Below, in pieces: positions 16,470 to 25,928 of a stretch of 41,053 bases of DNA (position 1 is the first letter of the stretch; every line of letters begins with the position of its first letter). Source of the stretch: a virus (lineage: Duplodnaviria; Heunggongvirae; Uroviricota; Caudoviricetes); the IMG/VR virus record IMGVR_UViG_2617270962_000012, positions 1 to 41,053 of that record; one strand, 5' to 3'. The notes beneath the pieces are model-generated. The model was not told the DNA's origin and did no database searches. It saw only the letters and a program-made list of their open reading frames with translations. Both the position numbers and the translations under genes were made by a program.

Positions 16470-18199
16470 GCCGGAAATCTTACCCCAACGTAAATGCTGC
16501 CAATCAGTATGCCCGGGATGTCGTGCGCGGAAAGATTGTGGCCTGCCAGTTTGTGATTCAGGCCTGCCAGCGCCATCTTGATGACCTGATGGCGGAAAAA
16601 AGTAAGTCGTTTCGTTACCGCTTCGACAAGGACCTGGCTGAACGGGCCGCCAAATTTATTCAGCTGTTGCCGCACACCAAGGGTGAGTGGGCATTCAAGA
16701 GGATGCCCATCACGCTGGAGCTGTGGCAGCTCTTTGTGATCTGCTGCGCGTTTGGCTGGGTCAATAAAGGCTCCCGGCTGCGCCGCTTCCGGGAGGTGTA
16801 TACCGAAATCCCCCGTAAGAACGGCAAATCAGCAATCTCTGCCGGTGTCGCCCTGTATTGTTTTGCCTGTGATAACGAGTTCGGCGCGGAAGTGTATTCC
16901 GGTGCCACGACGGAGAAACAGGCATGGGAAGTCTTTCGTCCGGCAAGACTGATGTGTAAACGCACACCCATGCTGACGGAAGCGTTCGGGATTGAGGTTA
17001 ACGCCTCAAACATGAATCGTCCGGAGGATGGCGCGCGGTTTGAACCGCTGATCGGTAACCCCGGTGATGGTTCATCACCCCACTGTGCGGTGGTGGATGA
17101 ATATCACGAGCACGCCACCGATGCGCTTTACACCACGATGCTTACCGGGATGGGGGCGCGACGTCAGCCACTGATGTGGGCCATTACTACTGCCGGGTAC
17201 AACATTGAGGGGCCGTGCTACGACAAGCGACGGGAAGTTATCGAGATGCTCAACGGGTCGGTACCCAACGATGAACTGTTCGGGATCATCTATACCGTTG
17301 ACGAAGGCGATAACTGGACCGACCCGCAGGTGCTGGAAAAAGCTAACCCGAATATTGGCGTGTCGGTTTATCGCGAATTTTTGTTAAGTCAGCAGCAGCG
17401 TGCGAAAAATAACGCCCGTCTGGCAAACGTCTTTAAAACAAAACACCTCAATATCTGGGTGTCGGCGCGTTCGGCGTATTTCAACCTGGTGAGCTGGCAG
17501 AGCTGCGAGGATAAATCACTGACCCTTGAGCAGTTCGAGGGGCAGCCGTGCATTCTGGCCTTTGACCTGGCGCGTAAGCTGGATATGAACAGCATGGCGC
17601 GACTTTATACCCGCGAGATTGACGGTAAAACGCATTACTACAGTGTGGCCCCGCGTTTCTGGGTACCGTATGACACGGTGTACAGCGTCGAGAAAAATGA
17701 AGATCGACGGACAGCCGAACGCTTTCAGAAATGGGTGGAAATGGGCGTTCTGACCGTTACCGATGGTGCGGAGGTGGATTATCGCTACATCCTCGAGGAG
17801 GCCAAAGCGGCGAACAAAATCAGCCCGGTCAGTGAGTCACCCATCGACCCCTTCGGGGCGACCGGGTTGTCACATGACCTTGCTGATGAAGACCTGAACC
17901 CCATCACTATCATTCAGAACTACACCAACATGTCCGACCCGATGAAAGAGCTGGAAGCGGCAATTGAATCGGGGCGCTTTCATCATGATGGCAATCCCAT
18001 CATGACCTGGTGTATCGGCAACGTGGTCGGCAAAACCATTCCGGGTAACGATGATGTGGTGAAGCCCGTCAAAGAGCAGGCGGAAAACAAAATCGATGGT
18101 GCAGTGGCGCTGATTATGGCGGTTGGCAGAGCCATGCTGTACGGGAAAGAAGACACGCTGTCTGACCACATTGAGTCCTATGGGATCCGCTCGCTTTAA
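16466..18199 (+). CDS. terminase large subunit
   Basis: 577 aa; ATPase and nuclease regions; position between TerS and portal. Confidence 0.85.
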
Positions 18200-18210
18200 C
18201 TGAGGTAATT

Positions 18211-18393
18211 ATGATCATGCTGATTCTCGCGCCTCTGGTGGGCGTGCTGGGGGCGCTTTTGCTGGCGTATGGTGCCTGGCTGATTTATCCCCCGGCGGGG
18301 TTTGTTGTTGCCGGGGCGTTGTGCCTGTTCTGGTCGTGGCTGGTGGCGCGATATCTCGACCGTACACAGTCGTCTGTCGGCGGAGGTAAATAG
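18211..18393 (+). CDS. small hydrophobic protein
   Basis: 60-aa ORF with two predicted TM helices between TerL and portal. Confidence 0.3.
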
Positions 18394-19634
18394 TGTTCTT
18401 TTCGGGATTATTTCAACGAAAAAGTGACGCACCGGTGACCACGCCAGCAGAGCTGGCGGAGGCTATCGGGTTGTCCTACGACACCTATACCGGAAAGCAG
18501 ATCAGCAGCCAGCGGGCCATGCGACTGACGGCGGTTTTTTCCTGTGTCAGGGTGCTGGCGGAGTCGGTCGGGATGTTGCCCTGCAACCTGTATCACCTGA
18601 ACGGCAGCCTGAAGCAGAGAGCCACTGGCGAACGTCTGCATAAGCTGATCTCCACGCATCCCAATGGCTATATGACGCCGCAGGAGTTCTGGGAGCTGGT
18701 GGTCACCTGTCTGTGCCTGCGGGGAAACTTTTACGCCTACAAAGTGAAAGCATTTGGCGAAGTGGCTGAACTGCTGCCCGTCGATCCCGGCTGTGTGGTA
18801 CCGAAGCTTAACAGTAGCTGGGAGCCGGTCTATCAGGTCACATTCCCGGATGGCTCCACGGATGTACTGAGCCAGGAAGATATCTGGCATGTGCGCACGC
18901 TGACGCTGGACGGACTGGTGGGGCTGAATCCCATCGCCTATGCCCGCGAGGCAATATCGCTGGCGGCAGCGACCGAAGAGCACGGGGCCAGACTGTTCAG
19001 CAATGGCGCGGTGACGTCGGGTGTGTTGCGTACAGAGCAGACGCTGTCAGATCAGGCTTATGAGCGCCTGAAGAAAGATTTTGAGGAGCGTCACACCGGG
19101 CTTGGCAATGCTCACCGCCCGATGATCCTTGAGATGGGGCTGGACTGGAAGTCGATGGCGCTGAACGCCGAGGACAGCCAGTTCCTGGAAACCCGCAAGT
19201 TTCAGCTTGAAGAAATCTGTCGTCTGTTCCGGGTGCCATTGCACATGGTGCAGAACACCGATCGCGCCACCTTCAACAATATCGAAGAGCTGGGGCTGGG
19301 ATTTATCAACTATTCACTGGTGCCGTATCTGACCCGCATTGAGCAGCGGATCAACACCGGACTGGTACGAAAAAGTAAGCAGGGCGTTTATTACGCCAAA
19401 TTTAACGCCGGGGCCTTACTGCGTGGGGATATGAAGTCCCGTTTTGAAGCCTACGCTACCGGGATCAACTGGGGAATTTACTCTCCCAATGACTGCCGCG
19501 ACCTGGAAGATATGAATCCGCGTCCCGGTGGTGATGTCTATCTCACACCGATGAACATGACCACGAAACCCTCCGATGGCAGTAAAGCCGGTAAGCAGAA
19601 GGATAACGCCAATGCAGACGAAACAACGTCTTGA
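18393..19634 (+). CDS. portal protein (HK97-type)
   Basis: 413 aa; position after terminase; typical portal size and composition. Confidence 0.8.
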   Translation: MFFSGLFQRKSDAPVTTPAELAEAIGLSYDTYTGKQISSQRAMRLTAVFSCVRVLAESVGMLPCNLYHLNGSLKQRATGERLHKLISTHPNGYMTPQEFWELVVTCLCLRGNFYAYKVKAFGEVAELLPVDPGCVVPKLNSSWEPVYQVTFPDGSTDVLSQEDIWHVRTLTLDGLVGLNPIAYAREAISLAAATEEHGARLFSNGAVTSGVLRTEQTLSDQAYERLKKDFEERHTGLGNAHRPMILEMGLDWKSMALNAEDSQFLETRKFQLEEICRLFRVPLHMVQNTDRATFNNIEELGLGFINYSLVPYLTRIEQRINTGLVRKSKQGVYYAKFNAGALLRGDMKSRFEAYATGINWGIYSPNDCRDLEDMNPRPGGDVYLTPMNMTTKPSDGSKAGKQKDNANADETTS

Positions 19635-20262
19635 TGTACCGCTGAGTCTGAAATCTGTCAGTGACTCCGGTGAGTTTGAAGGGTATGGCTCCGTCTTTGG
19701 TGTAAAGGACAGCCACGATGATGTGGTGATGTCAGGGGCATTTGCCGCTTCCCTGCGGGCGTGGAGTGACAGAAAAGCGTTACCTGCGCTGCTCTGGCAG
19801 CACCGCATGGATGAACCCATCGGTGTTTACACCGAAATGAAGGAAGACGATGTCGGGCTTTACGTCAGGGGACGGTTGCTTATTGATGATGATCCCCTCG
19901 CAAAACGCGCACATGCACACATGAAGGCCGGTTCGTTAACCGGCCTTTCTATTGGGTACGTCCTGAAAGACTGGGAATACGACCGGACGAAAGAAGCCTT
20001 TCTGCTGAAAGAAATCGACCTCTGGGAAGTCAGTCTGGTGACGTTCCCGTCTAACGACGAGGCGCGGATCAGCGACGTCAAGAACGCGCTGGCCCGCGGG
20101 GAAATCCCCGAACAGAAAAAAATCGAAAGAGTCCTGCGTGATGTCGGACTCTCCCGTACCCAGGCCAAAGCATTCATGGCCGGGGGCTATGGCGCACTGT
20201 CCCTGCGCGACGCTGAGGATGTGAGCTCTGCACTGAATGCACTGAAAAATCTGAACTTCTAA
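19612..20262 (+). CDS. prohead protease (HK97-type)
   Basis: Internal ATG with SD 'aagga' 8 nt upstream; between portal and major capsid. Confidence 0.7.
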   Translation: MQTKQRLDVPLSLKSVSDSGEFEGYGSVFGVKDSHDDVVMSGAFAASLRAWSDRKALPALLWQHRMDEPIGVYTEMKEDDVGLYVRGRLLIDDDPLAKRAHAHMKAGSLTGLSIGYVLKDWEYDRTKEAFLLKEIDLWEVSLVTFPSNDEARISDVKNALARGEIPEQKKIERVLRDVGLSRTQAKAFMAGGYGALSLRDAEDVSSALNALKNLNF

Positions 20263-20276
20263 TCAGGAGAAATACG

Positions 20277-21482
20277 ATGGCGGTAGATATTAAAGATGTC
20301 GAACAGGTCGCGCAGGAGCTGCAGCAGAAGTTTGACGACTTCAAAGCAAAGAACGACAAGCGCGTGGATGCGATTGAGCAGGAAAAAGGCAAGCTTGCCG
20401 GGCAGGTGGAAACCCTGAACGGGAAACTCAGCGAGCTGGAAAATCTCAAAAGCGACCTTGAAAAAGAGCTGCTTGAGCTGAAACGTCCGGCAGGTGGAGC
20501 GCAAAATAAACTGGCCACCGAGCATAAAGAGGCGTTTGTGGGCTTCCTGCGTAAAGGCCGTGAAGACGGTCTGCGCGATCTGGAGCGTAAGGCATTGCAG
20601 GTGGGCACCGATGAAGACGGTGGCTACGCCGTGCCGGAAGAACTGGATCGCAACATTCTTAACCTGCTGAAAGATGAAGTGGTGATGCGTCAGGAAGCCA
20701 CGGTGATCACCGTTGGCGGCTCCGACTACAAAAAACTGGTGAATCTGGGCGGTACGGCTTCCGGATGGGTTGGCGAGACTGACGCGCGATCCCAGACTGC
20801 CACCTCCAGACTGGAGCTGATTGAACCTCTCATGGGGGAAATCTACGGCAACCCGCAGGCTACCCAGAAAATGCTGGACGATGCCTTCTTCAACGTGGAG
20901 GCATGGATCAACAGCGAGCTGGCAACCGAATTTGCCGAACAGGAAGAAATTGCCTTTACCTCAGGCGATGGCACCAAGAAGCCGAAAGGGTTCCTGGCGT
21001 ATGAATCCACTGATGAAACCGACAAGGTCCGGGCGTTCGGCAAACTTCAGCATATTGTATCCGGCGAAGCGACCGCGGTGACCGCAGACGCCATTATCAA
21101 ACTGATTTACACGCTGCGTAAGGCACACCGCACTGGCGCGAAGTTCATGATGAACAACAACAGCCTGTTTGCCATCCGTCTGCTTAAAGACAGCGAGGGT
21201 AACTATCTGTGGCGTCCAGGGCTGGAACTGGGGCAGCCGTCCTCTCTGGCGGGTTACGGTATCGCTGAAAACGAACAGATGCCGGATATCGCCGCTGATG
21301 CGAAAGCCATTGCATTTGGTAACTTCAAACGGGGTTACACCATCGTTGACCGTATCGGCACCCGCATTCTGCGTGACCCGTACACCAATAAACCGTTTGT
21401 CGGTTTTTATACCACCAAGCGCACCGGCGGGATGCTGGTCGATTCGCAGGCCATCAAACTGCTGAAGATTGCAGCGGCGTAA
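20277..21482 (+). CDS. major capsid protein (HK97 fold)
   Basis: 401 aa; N-terminal coiled-coil delta-domain-like region then capsid body; followed by strong terminator. Confidence 0.85.
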   Translation: MAVDIKDVEQVAQELQQKFDDFKAKNDKRVDAIEQEKGKLAGQVETLNGKLSELENLKSDLEKELLELKRPAGGAQNKLATEHKEAFVGFLRKGREDGLRDLERKALQVGTDEDGGYAVPEELDRNILNLLKDEVVMRQEATVITVGGSDYKKLVNLGGTASGWVGETDARSQTATSRLELIEPLMGEIYGNPQATQKMLDDAFFNVEAWINSELATEFAEQEEIAFTSGDGTKKPKGFLAYESTDETDKVRAFGKLQHIVSGEATAVTADAIIKLIYTLRKAHRTGAKFMMNNNSLFAIRLLKDSEGNYLWRPGLELGQPSSLAGYGIAENEQMPDIAADAKAIAFGNFKRGYTIVDRIGTRILRDPYTNKPFVGFYTTKRTGGMLVDSQAIKLLKIAAA

Positions 21483-21489
21483 TCATTCA

Positions 21490-21517
21490 GGGGCGCGGAA
21501 CCGCGCCCCCTGTTTTG
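21490..21517 (+). terminator. rho-independent terminator after major capsid gene
   Basis: 'gggcgcgg aa ccgcgccc' hairpin followed by T-run. Confidence 0.6.
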
Positions 21518-21531
21518 ACGGGTGAAGAATC

Positions 21532-21732
21532 ATGATACTGAAACAAGATCTGAAATGGTCACCGGACGGTATGCGTGTTGAGGTCATTCGGGCCGGTGAG
21601 TATGACGACGGGGCGCTTCCTGCCCGGGTGCAGGAGATTGCACTTCAGGCCGGGTTAGCAGAGCGCGGAATCAGTGCAAAAAGCAGTAAAGCGGCAAAAG
21701 AGAAAAAAGCCACGACCAGTAAAGAGGGCTGA
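21532..21732 (+). CDS. hypothetical small protein
   Basis: 66-aa ORF between capsid and connector genes. Confidence 0.3.
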   Translation: MILKQDLKWSPDGMRVEVIRAGEYDDGALPARVQEIALQAGLAERGISAKSSKAAKEKKATTSKEG

Positions 21733-21734
21733 GT

Positions 21735-22058
21735 ATGCTTCTGACAATGGAAGAGATTAAAGCCCAACTCCGGCTGGATGAGGATTTCGATGCTGATGAC
21801 CGCCATCTGCAACTGCTGGCCTGTGCGGCACAAAAGCGGACGGAAACGTATCTGAACCGGAAGCTCTATGCACCGGATAAAACCATTCCGGACAGCGATC
21901 CGGACGGGCTGCACCTGCCGGATGATATTCGTCTGGGGATGCTGATGCTTATCAGCCATTTTTACGAAAACCGCTCGTCGGTTACGGAAGTGGAGAAACT
22001 CGACATGCCGCAGAGTTTTGGCTGGCTTGTCGGCCCGTACAGGTACTTTCCGCAATGA
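21735..22058 (+). CDS. head-tail connector (gp6-like)
   Basis: 107 aa; position and size typical of HK97-type gp6. Confidence 0.55.
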   Translation: MLLTMEEIKAQLRLDEDFDADDRHLQLLACAAQKRTETYLNRKLYAPDKTIPDSDPDGLHLPDDIRLGMLMLISHFYENRSSVTEVEKLDMPQSFGWLVGPYRYFPQ

Positions 22059-22465
22059 AAATTCGTCAGGCGCAGACCAGCGCAACCTACATTCTGCCTG
22101 ACCCAGGCGAGCTGAATAAACGCGTCCTGATCCGCCAGCGGGTGGATATGCCTGCGGATAACTTTGGCGTGGAGCCTCAATACCCGGTTGCGTTCCGGGC
22201 ATGGGCGAAGGTTGTCCAGACCAGTGCCACCACCTGGCAGGAAACTGCGCAGACCGGGGACGCCATCACCCATTACATCACCATTCGTTACCGCCGGGGG
22301 ATCACCGCTGATTATGAGGTGGTCTGCGGTGACAGTGTGTACCGGGTGAAACGTCAGCGCGATCTGAACGGGGCGCGGCGCTTTCTGCTGCTGGAGTGTA
22401 CGGAGCTGGGCGAATGTAGGCAGAGTCACGGAGGCAGCAATGGCGACTCCCTTTTTTCACGTTGA
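22055..22465 (+). CDS. head-tail adaptor / head closure protein
   Basis: Overlapping start; conserved module position. Confidence 0.5.
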   Translation: MKIRQAQTSATYILPDPGELNKRVLIRQRVDMPADNFGVEPQYPVAFRAWAKVVQTSATTWQETAQTGDAITHYITIRYRRGITADYEVVCGDSVYRVKRQRDLNGARRFLLLECTELGECRQSHGGSNGDSLFSR

Positions 22466-22946
22466 TGTTCAGCAGCCCGCCGAGATGCGCTTTAACCGCG
22501 CCCGTGTCCGGCGGGCGTTTGTCACGATTGGGCAGCGTCATATGCGTGATGCCCGTCGGCTGGTGATGCGCCGTGCGCGGTCGGCACCGGGTGAAAACCC
22601 CGGTTATCAGACCGGACGCCTGGCTCGTTCGATTGGTTATATGGTGCCGAGAGCCAGTAAAAAGCGAGCCGGTTTTATGACACGCATTGCCCCTAACCAG
22701 CGCAACGGGAAGGGGAACCGGATGATCTCTGGTGACTTCTATCCGGCGTTTCTGTTTTTTGGTGTCCGGGGAGGAGCAAAACGTCGTCGTAGTCATCATC
22801 GTGGTGCATCCGGTGGCAGCGGCTGGCGACTGGCTCCACGTAATAACTTCATGGTGGAAACTCTTGAAAAGAACCGCAGCTGGACACGCTATTTTCTGGC
22901 GCGGGAATTGCGTAAATCACTGAAGCCGGAGCGACGACACAGATGA
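22440..22946 (+). CDS. HK97 gp10-like tail component
   Basis: 168-aa ORF in the head-tail joining module. Confidence 0.45.
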   Translation: MATPFFHVDVQQPAEMRFNRARVRRAFVTIGQRHMRDARRLVMRRARSAPGENPGYQTGRLARSIGYMVPRASKKRAGFMTRIAPNQRNGKGNRMISGDFYPAFLFFGVRGGAKRRRSHHRGASGGSGWRLAPRNNFMVETLEKNRSWTRYFLARELRKSLKPERRHR

Positions 22947-23503
22947 AACTGACGCCTGTTATTGCTGCACTGCGTGCCCGCTGTCCGTATTTTGAAAACC
23001 GGGTTGCAGGCGCGGCCCAGTTCAAAAATCTGCCGGAGGTCGGAAAGCTGAAGCTCCCGGCGGCATATGTGGTACCGGGTGATGACTCTCCGGGAGAAAA
23101 CAAAAGCCAGACCGACTACTGGCAGGAGCTGAAAGAGGGCTTCTCCGTGGTTGTCATACTGAGTAACGGGCGTGATGAGCGCGGTCAGTTTGCCTCGTAT
23201 GATGTGGTGGACGATGTCCGGCAGATGCTCTTTAAGGCTCTGCTGGGCTGGAACCCGGAAGCGTGCGGTAACCCGATTACCTATGACGGCGGTACGCTGC
23301 TGGATCTGAATCGTCATGAGCTGATTTATCAGTTCGATTTTTCGGTCATCAGCGAGCTGACTGAAGACGATACCCGCCAGCAGGATGACCTGAACAGTCT
23401 GGATGAACTGCGAACGCTGGCGATTGATGTTGATTATCTCGATCCCGGTAACGGGCCTGACGGCGATATCGAACATCACACCGAAATAACCCTTCCTTCC
23501 TGA
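22943..23503 (+). CDS. tail terminator / tail-associated protein
   Basis: 186-aa ORF immediately upstream of the sheath module. Confidence 0.45.
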   Translation: MKLTPVIAALRARCPYFENRVAGAAQFKNLPEVGKLKLPAAYVVPGDDSPGENKSQTDYWQELKEGFSVVVILSNGRDERGQFASYDVVDDVRQMLFKALLGWNPEACGNPITYDGGTLLDLNRHELIYQFDFSVISELTEDDTRQQDDLNSLDELRTLAIDVDYLDPGNGPDGDIEHHTEITLPS

Positions 23504-23511
23504 GAATCATC

Positions 23512-23682
23512 ATGTTTGTGAAACCTGTTAAAGGGCGGTCAGTGCCTGACCCTGCCCGCGGCGACCTTTTGCCCGCCGAAGGGCGAAATGTTGACGAGAA
23601 CAACTACTGGCTGCGCCGTGAAGCAGCGGGTGATATCCGGCGCGTGAATAAAAAGGTGAATACCGATGACGATAAGCTTTAA
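23512..23682 (+). CDS. small protein upstream of the sheath gene (not in ORF track, under 60 aa)
   Basis: 56-aa ORF 'MFVKPVKGRSVPDPARGDLLPAEGRNVDENNYWLRREAAGDIRRVNKKVNTDDDKL'; overlaps sheath start; conserved position in Mu-like tail clusters. Confidence 0.4.
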   Translation: MFVKPVKGRSVPDPARGDLLPAEGRNVDENNYWLRREAAGDIRRVNKKVNTDDDKL

Positions 23683-25162
23683 CACCATTCCGTCGAATAC
23701 GCTGGTTCCGTTGTTTTATGCGGAAATGGATAACCAGGCGGCGAATACTGCACAGGACAGCGGAGCATCGCTGCTGATTGGTCATGCCAATAACGGTGCA
23801 GAGATTGTTGCCAACAGTCTGGTACTGATGCCGTCGGCAGACTATGCACGCCAGATTTGTGGTGCGGGAAGTCAGCTGGCGCGTATGGTCGAGGCTTATC
23901 GCCAGACTGACCCGTTTGGCGAGCTGTATGTGATTGCCGTTCCTGAATCCACAGGCGCGGCGGCAACAGTTACGCTGACGGTGACCGGGGCAGCAACCGA
24001 AACCGGCACGGTGAATGTTTATGTGGGACGTACCCGCGTGCAGGCACCGGTGACCAACGGCGATAACGTCGCGACGATTGCCAGCAGTATCAAAGATGCC
24101 ATCAATGCCGTTCCGGCCCTGCCGTTTACGGCCTCATCTTCGGCTGGTGTGGTTACACTGACCGCTCGCCATAAGGGGCTTTGCGGGAATGAAATTCCTG
24201 TCAGCCTCAATTACTACGGCTTCGGTGGGGGCGAAGTGCTGCCAGCGGGCGTACAGATTGCCGTGGTGACGGGGAACGCCGGAACGGGCGCTCCTGTTCT
24301 CACCGGCGCGGTGGCTGCAATGGCGGATGAGCCGTTTGATTATATCGGCCTGCCGTTCAACGACACGGCCTCCGTTAACACGCTGGTGACCGAGATGAAC
24401 GATACCAGCGGTCGCTGGAGCTATGCGCGTCAGCTGTATGGTCATGTGTATACGGCAAAGATCGGCACGCTGTCAGAACTGGTGACCGCAGGTGACCAGT
24501 TTAACCAGCAGCACATTACCCTGGCGGGGTACGAAAAAGACACCCAGACGCCTGCCGACGAGCTGGCGGCAAGCCGTACCGCCCGCGCAGCGGTGTTTAT
24601 CCGCAACGATCCGGCACGTCCCACGCAGACCGGTGAGCTGGTGGGTATGCTGCCTGCGCCGAAGGGGAAACGGTTCACGATGACCGAGCAGCAGACCCTG
24701 CTGTCTCATGGCGTGGCAACGGCGTATGTCGAAAGCGGGGTGCTGCGCATTCAGCGTGATGTCACCACGTACAGGAAAAATGCTTACGGGGTTGCGGATA
24801 ACAGCTACCTCGACAGCGAGACGCTGCATACCAGTGCGTATGTACTGCGCAAACTGAAATCCGTCATTACCAGTAAGTACGGGCGTCACAAGCTTGCCAG
24901 CGACGGTACCCGCTTTGGTCCCGGTCAGGCGATTGTCACCCCGGCGGTAATCAAAGGGGAACTGCTGGCAACCTACCGTCAGCTTGAGCGTGCGGGGATC
25001 GTGGAAAACTACGAACTGTTTAAGCAGTACCTGGTTGTGGAGCGTGATGCCAGCGATCCGAACCGCCTGAACACGCTGTTCCCGCCTGACTATGTTAACC
25101 AGTTGCGTGTTTTTGCCGTGGTTAACCAGTTCCGTCTTCAGTATTCAGAGGAGTCTGCATAA
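23666..25162 (+). CDS. contractile tail sheath protein (Mu L-like)
   Basis: 498 aa; followed by tube, chaperone and tape-measure genes. Confidence 0.8.
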   Translation: MTISFNTIPSNTLVPLFYAEMDNQAANTAQDSGASLLIGHANNGAEIVANSLVLMPSADYARQICGAGSQLARMVEAYRQTDPFGELYVIAVPESTGAAATVTLTVTGAATETGTVNVYVGRTRVQAPVTNGDNVATIASSIKDAINAVPALPFTASSSAGVVTLTARHKGLCGNEIPVSLNYYGFGGGEVLPAGVQIAVVTGNAGTGAPVLTGAVAAMADEPFDYIGLPFNDTASVNTLVTEMNDTSGRWSYARQLYGHVYTAKIGTLSELVTAGDQFNQQHITLAGYEKDTQTPADELAASRTARAAVFIRNDPARPTQTGELVGMLPAPKGKRFTMTEQQTLLSHGVATAYVESGVLRIQRDVTTYRKNAYGVADNSYLDSETLHTSAYVLRKLKSVITSKYGRHKLASDGTRFGPGQAIVTPAVIKGELLATYRQLERAGIVENYELFKQYLVVERDASDPNRLNTLFPPDYVNQLRVFAVVNQFRLQYSEESA

Positions 25163-25518
25163 TGGCCCGTATCGGGGGAACCTGTTATTTCAAAATTGAC
25201 GGTCAGCAGCTATCGCTGACCGGCGGCATTGAGGTGCCCATGAACAGGACGGTCAATGATGACATCATCGGCCTGGACGGTTCAGTGGACCGCAAGGAAA
25301 CTCACCGTGCGCCTTATGTCAAAGGGACCTTCAAGGTGCCGAAGAATTTTCCGGTGAGCAAAATCACCTCGTCTGATGAGATGACCATCACTGCCGAGCT
25401 GGCGAACGGTCAGGTCTATGTATTGTCGTCCGCCTGGCTGCACGGAGAAGCGAACCATAATGCCGAAGAAGGCACGGTTGATCTTGAGTTCCACGGTGAA
25501 GAAGGGGATTACCAGTAA
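25162..25518 (+). CDS. tail tube protein
   Basis: 118 aa directly downstream of sheath. Confidence 0.7.
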   Translation: MARIGGTCYFKIDGQQLSLTGGIEVPMNRTVNDDIIGLDGSVDRKETHRAPYVKGTFKVPKNFPVSKITSSDEMTITAELANGQVYVLSSAWLHGEANHNAEEGTVDLEFHGEEGDYQ

Positions 25519-25787
25519 TGAAAGAGCTTGAGTTAAAGAAACCGATTATCGCTCATGGTGAGACACTCTCCGTACTGGAGTTTGATGAACCCACCGGGAA
25601 GGATGTCCGCGAGCTGGGGTATCCCTACCAGATGAATCAGGATGAGTCCGTCAGACTTCTGGCGCATGTGGTGTCGAAATACATTGTGCGGCTGGCGAAA
25701 GTGCCGCAAAGCTCTGTCGACCAGATGTCTCCGGCAGACCTGAATGCAGCGGCGTGGCTTGTGGCTGGTTTTTTCCTCCAGGCCTGA
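25518..25787 (+). CDS. tail assembly chaperone (short product); -1 frameshift-extended form ends at 25936
   Basis: Pair of overlapping ORFs (25518-25787 frame 0; 25754-25936 frame -1) upstream of tape measure. Confidence 0.6.
   Translation: MKELELKKPIIAHGETLSVLEFDEPTGKDVRELGYPYQMNQDESVRLLAHVVSKYIVRLAKVPQSSVDQMSPADLNAAAWLVAGFFLQA
25769..25775 (+). promoter_or_regulatory. programmed -1 ribosomal frameshift slippery heptamer
   Basis: 'T TTT TTC' in the zero frame, 10 nt before the zero-frame stop. Confidence 0.55.
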
Positions 25788-25928
25788 CGGCTGAATACCT
25801 CACTGATCGCTTCTTTGACTGCGCCAGCTACTGGCGCATTAATCCCTTCGAATTGCTGAATATGCCGATCAGTGAAATTCCCTTGCTGGTCAGTCAGGCA
25901 AACAGGATAGAGCAGGAGAAACGCACAC

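Noticed and set aside
18408-18983. 191-aa reverse-strand ORF
   Set aside because: Antisense to the portal gene; Arg/Gln/His-rich low-complexity translation typical of GC-rich antisense frames.
22302-23479. Reverse-strand ORFs of 165 and 196 aa
   Set aside because: Antisense to contiguous, translationally coupled head-tail joining genes; no start signals; shadow ORFs.
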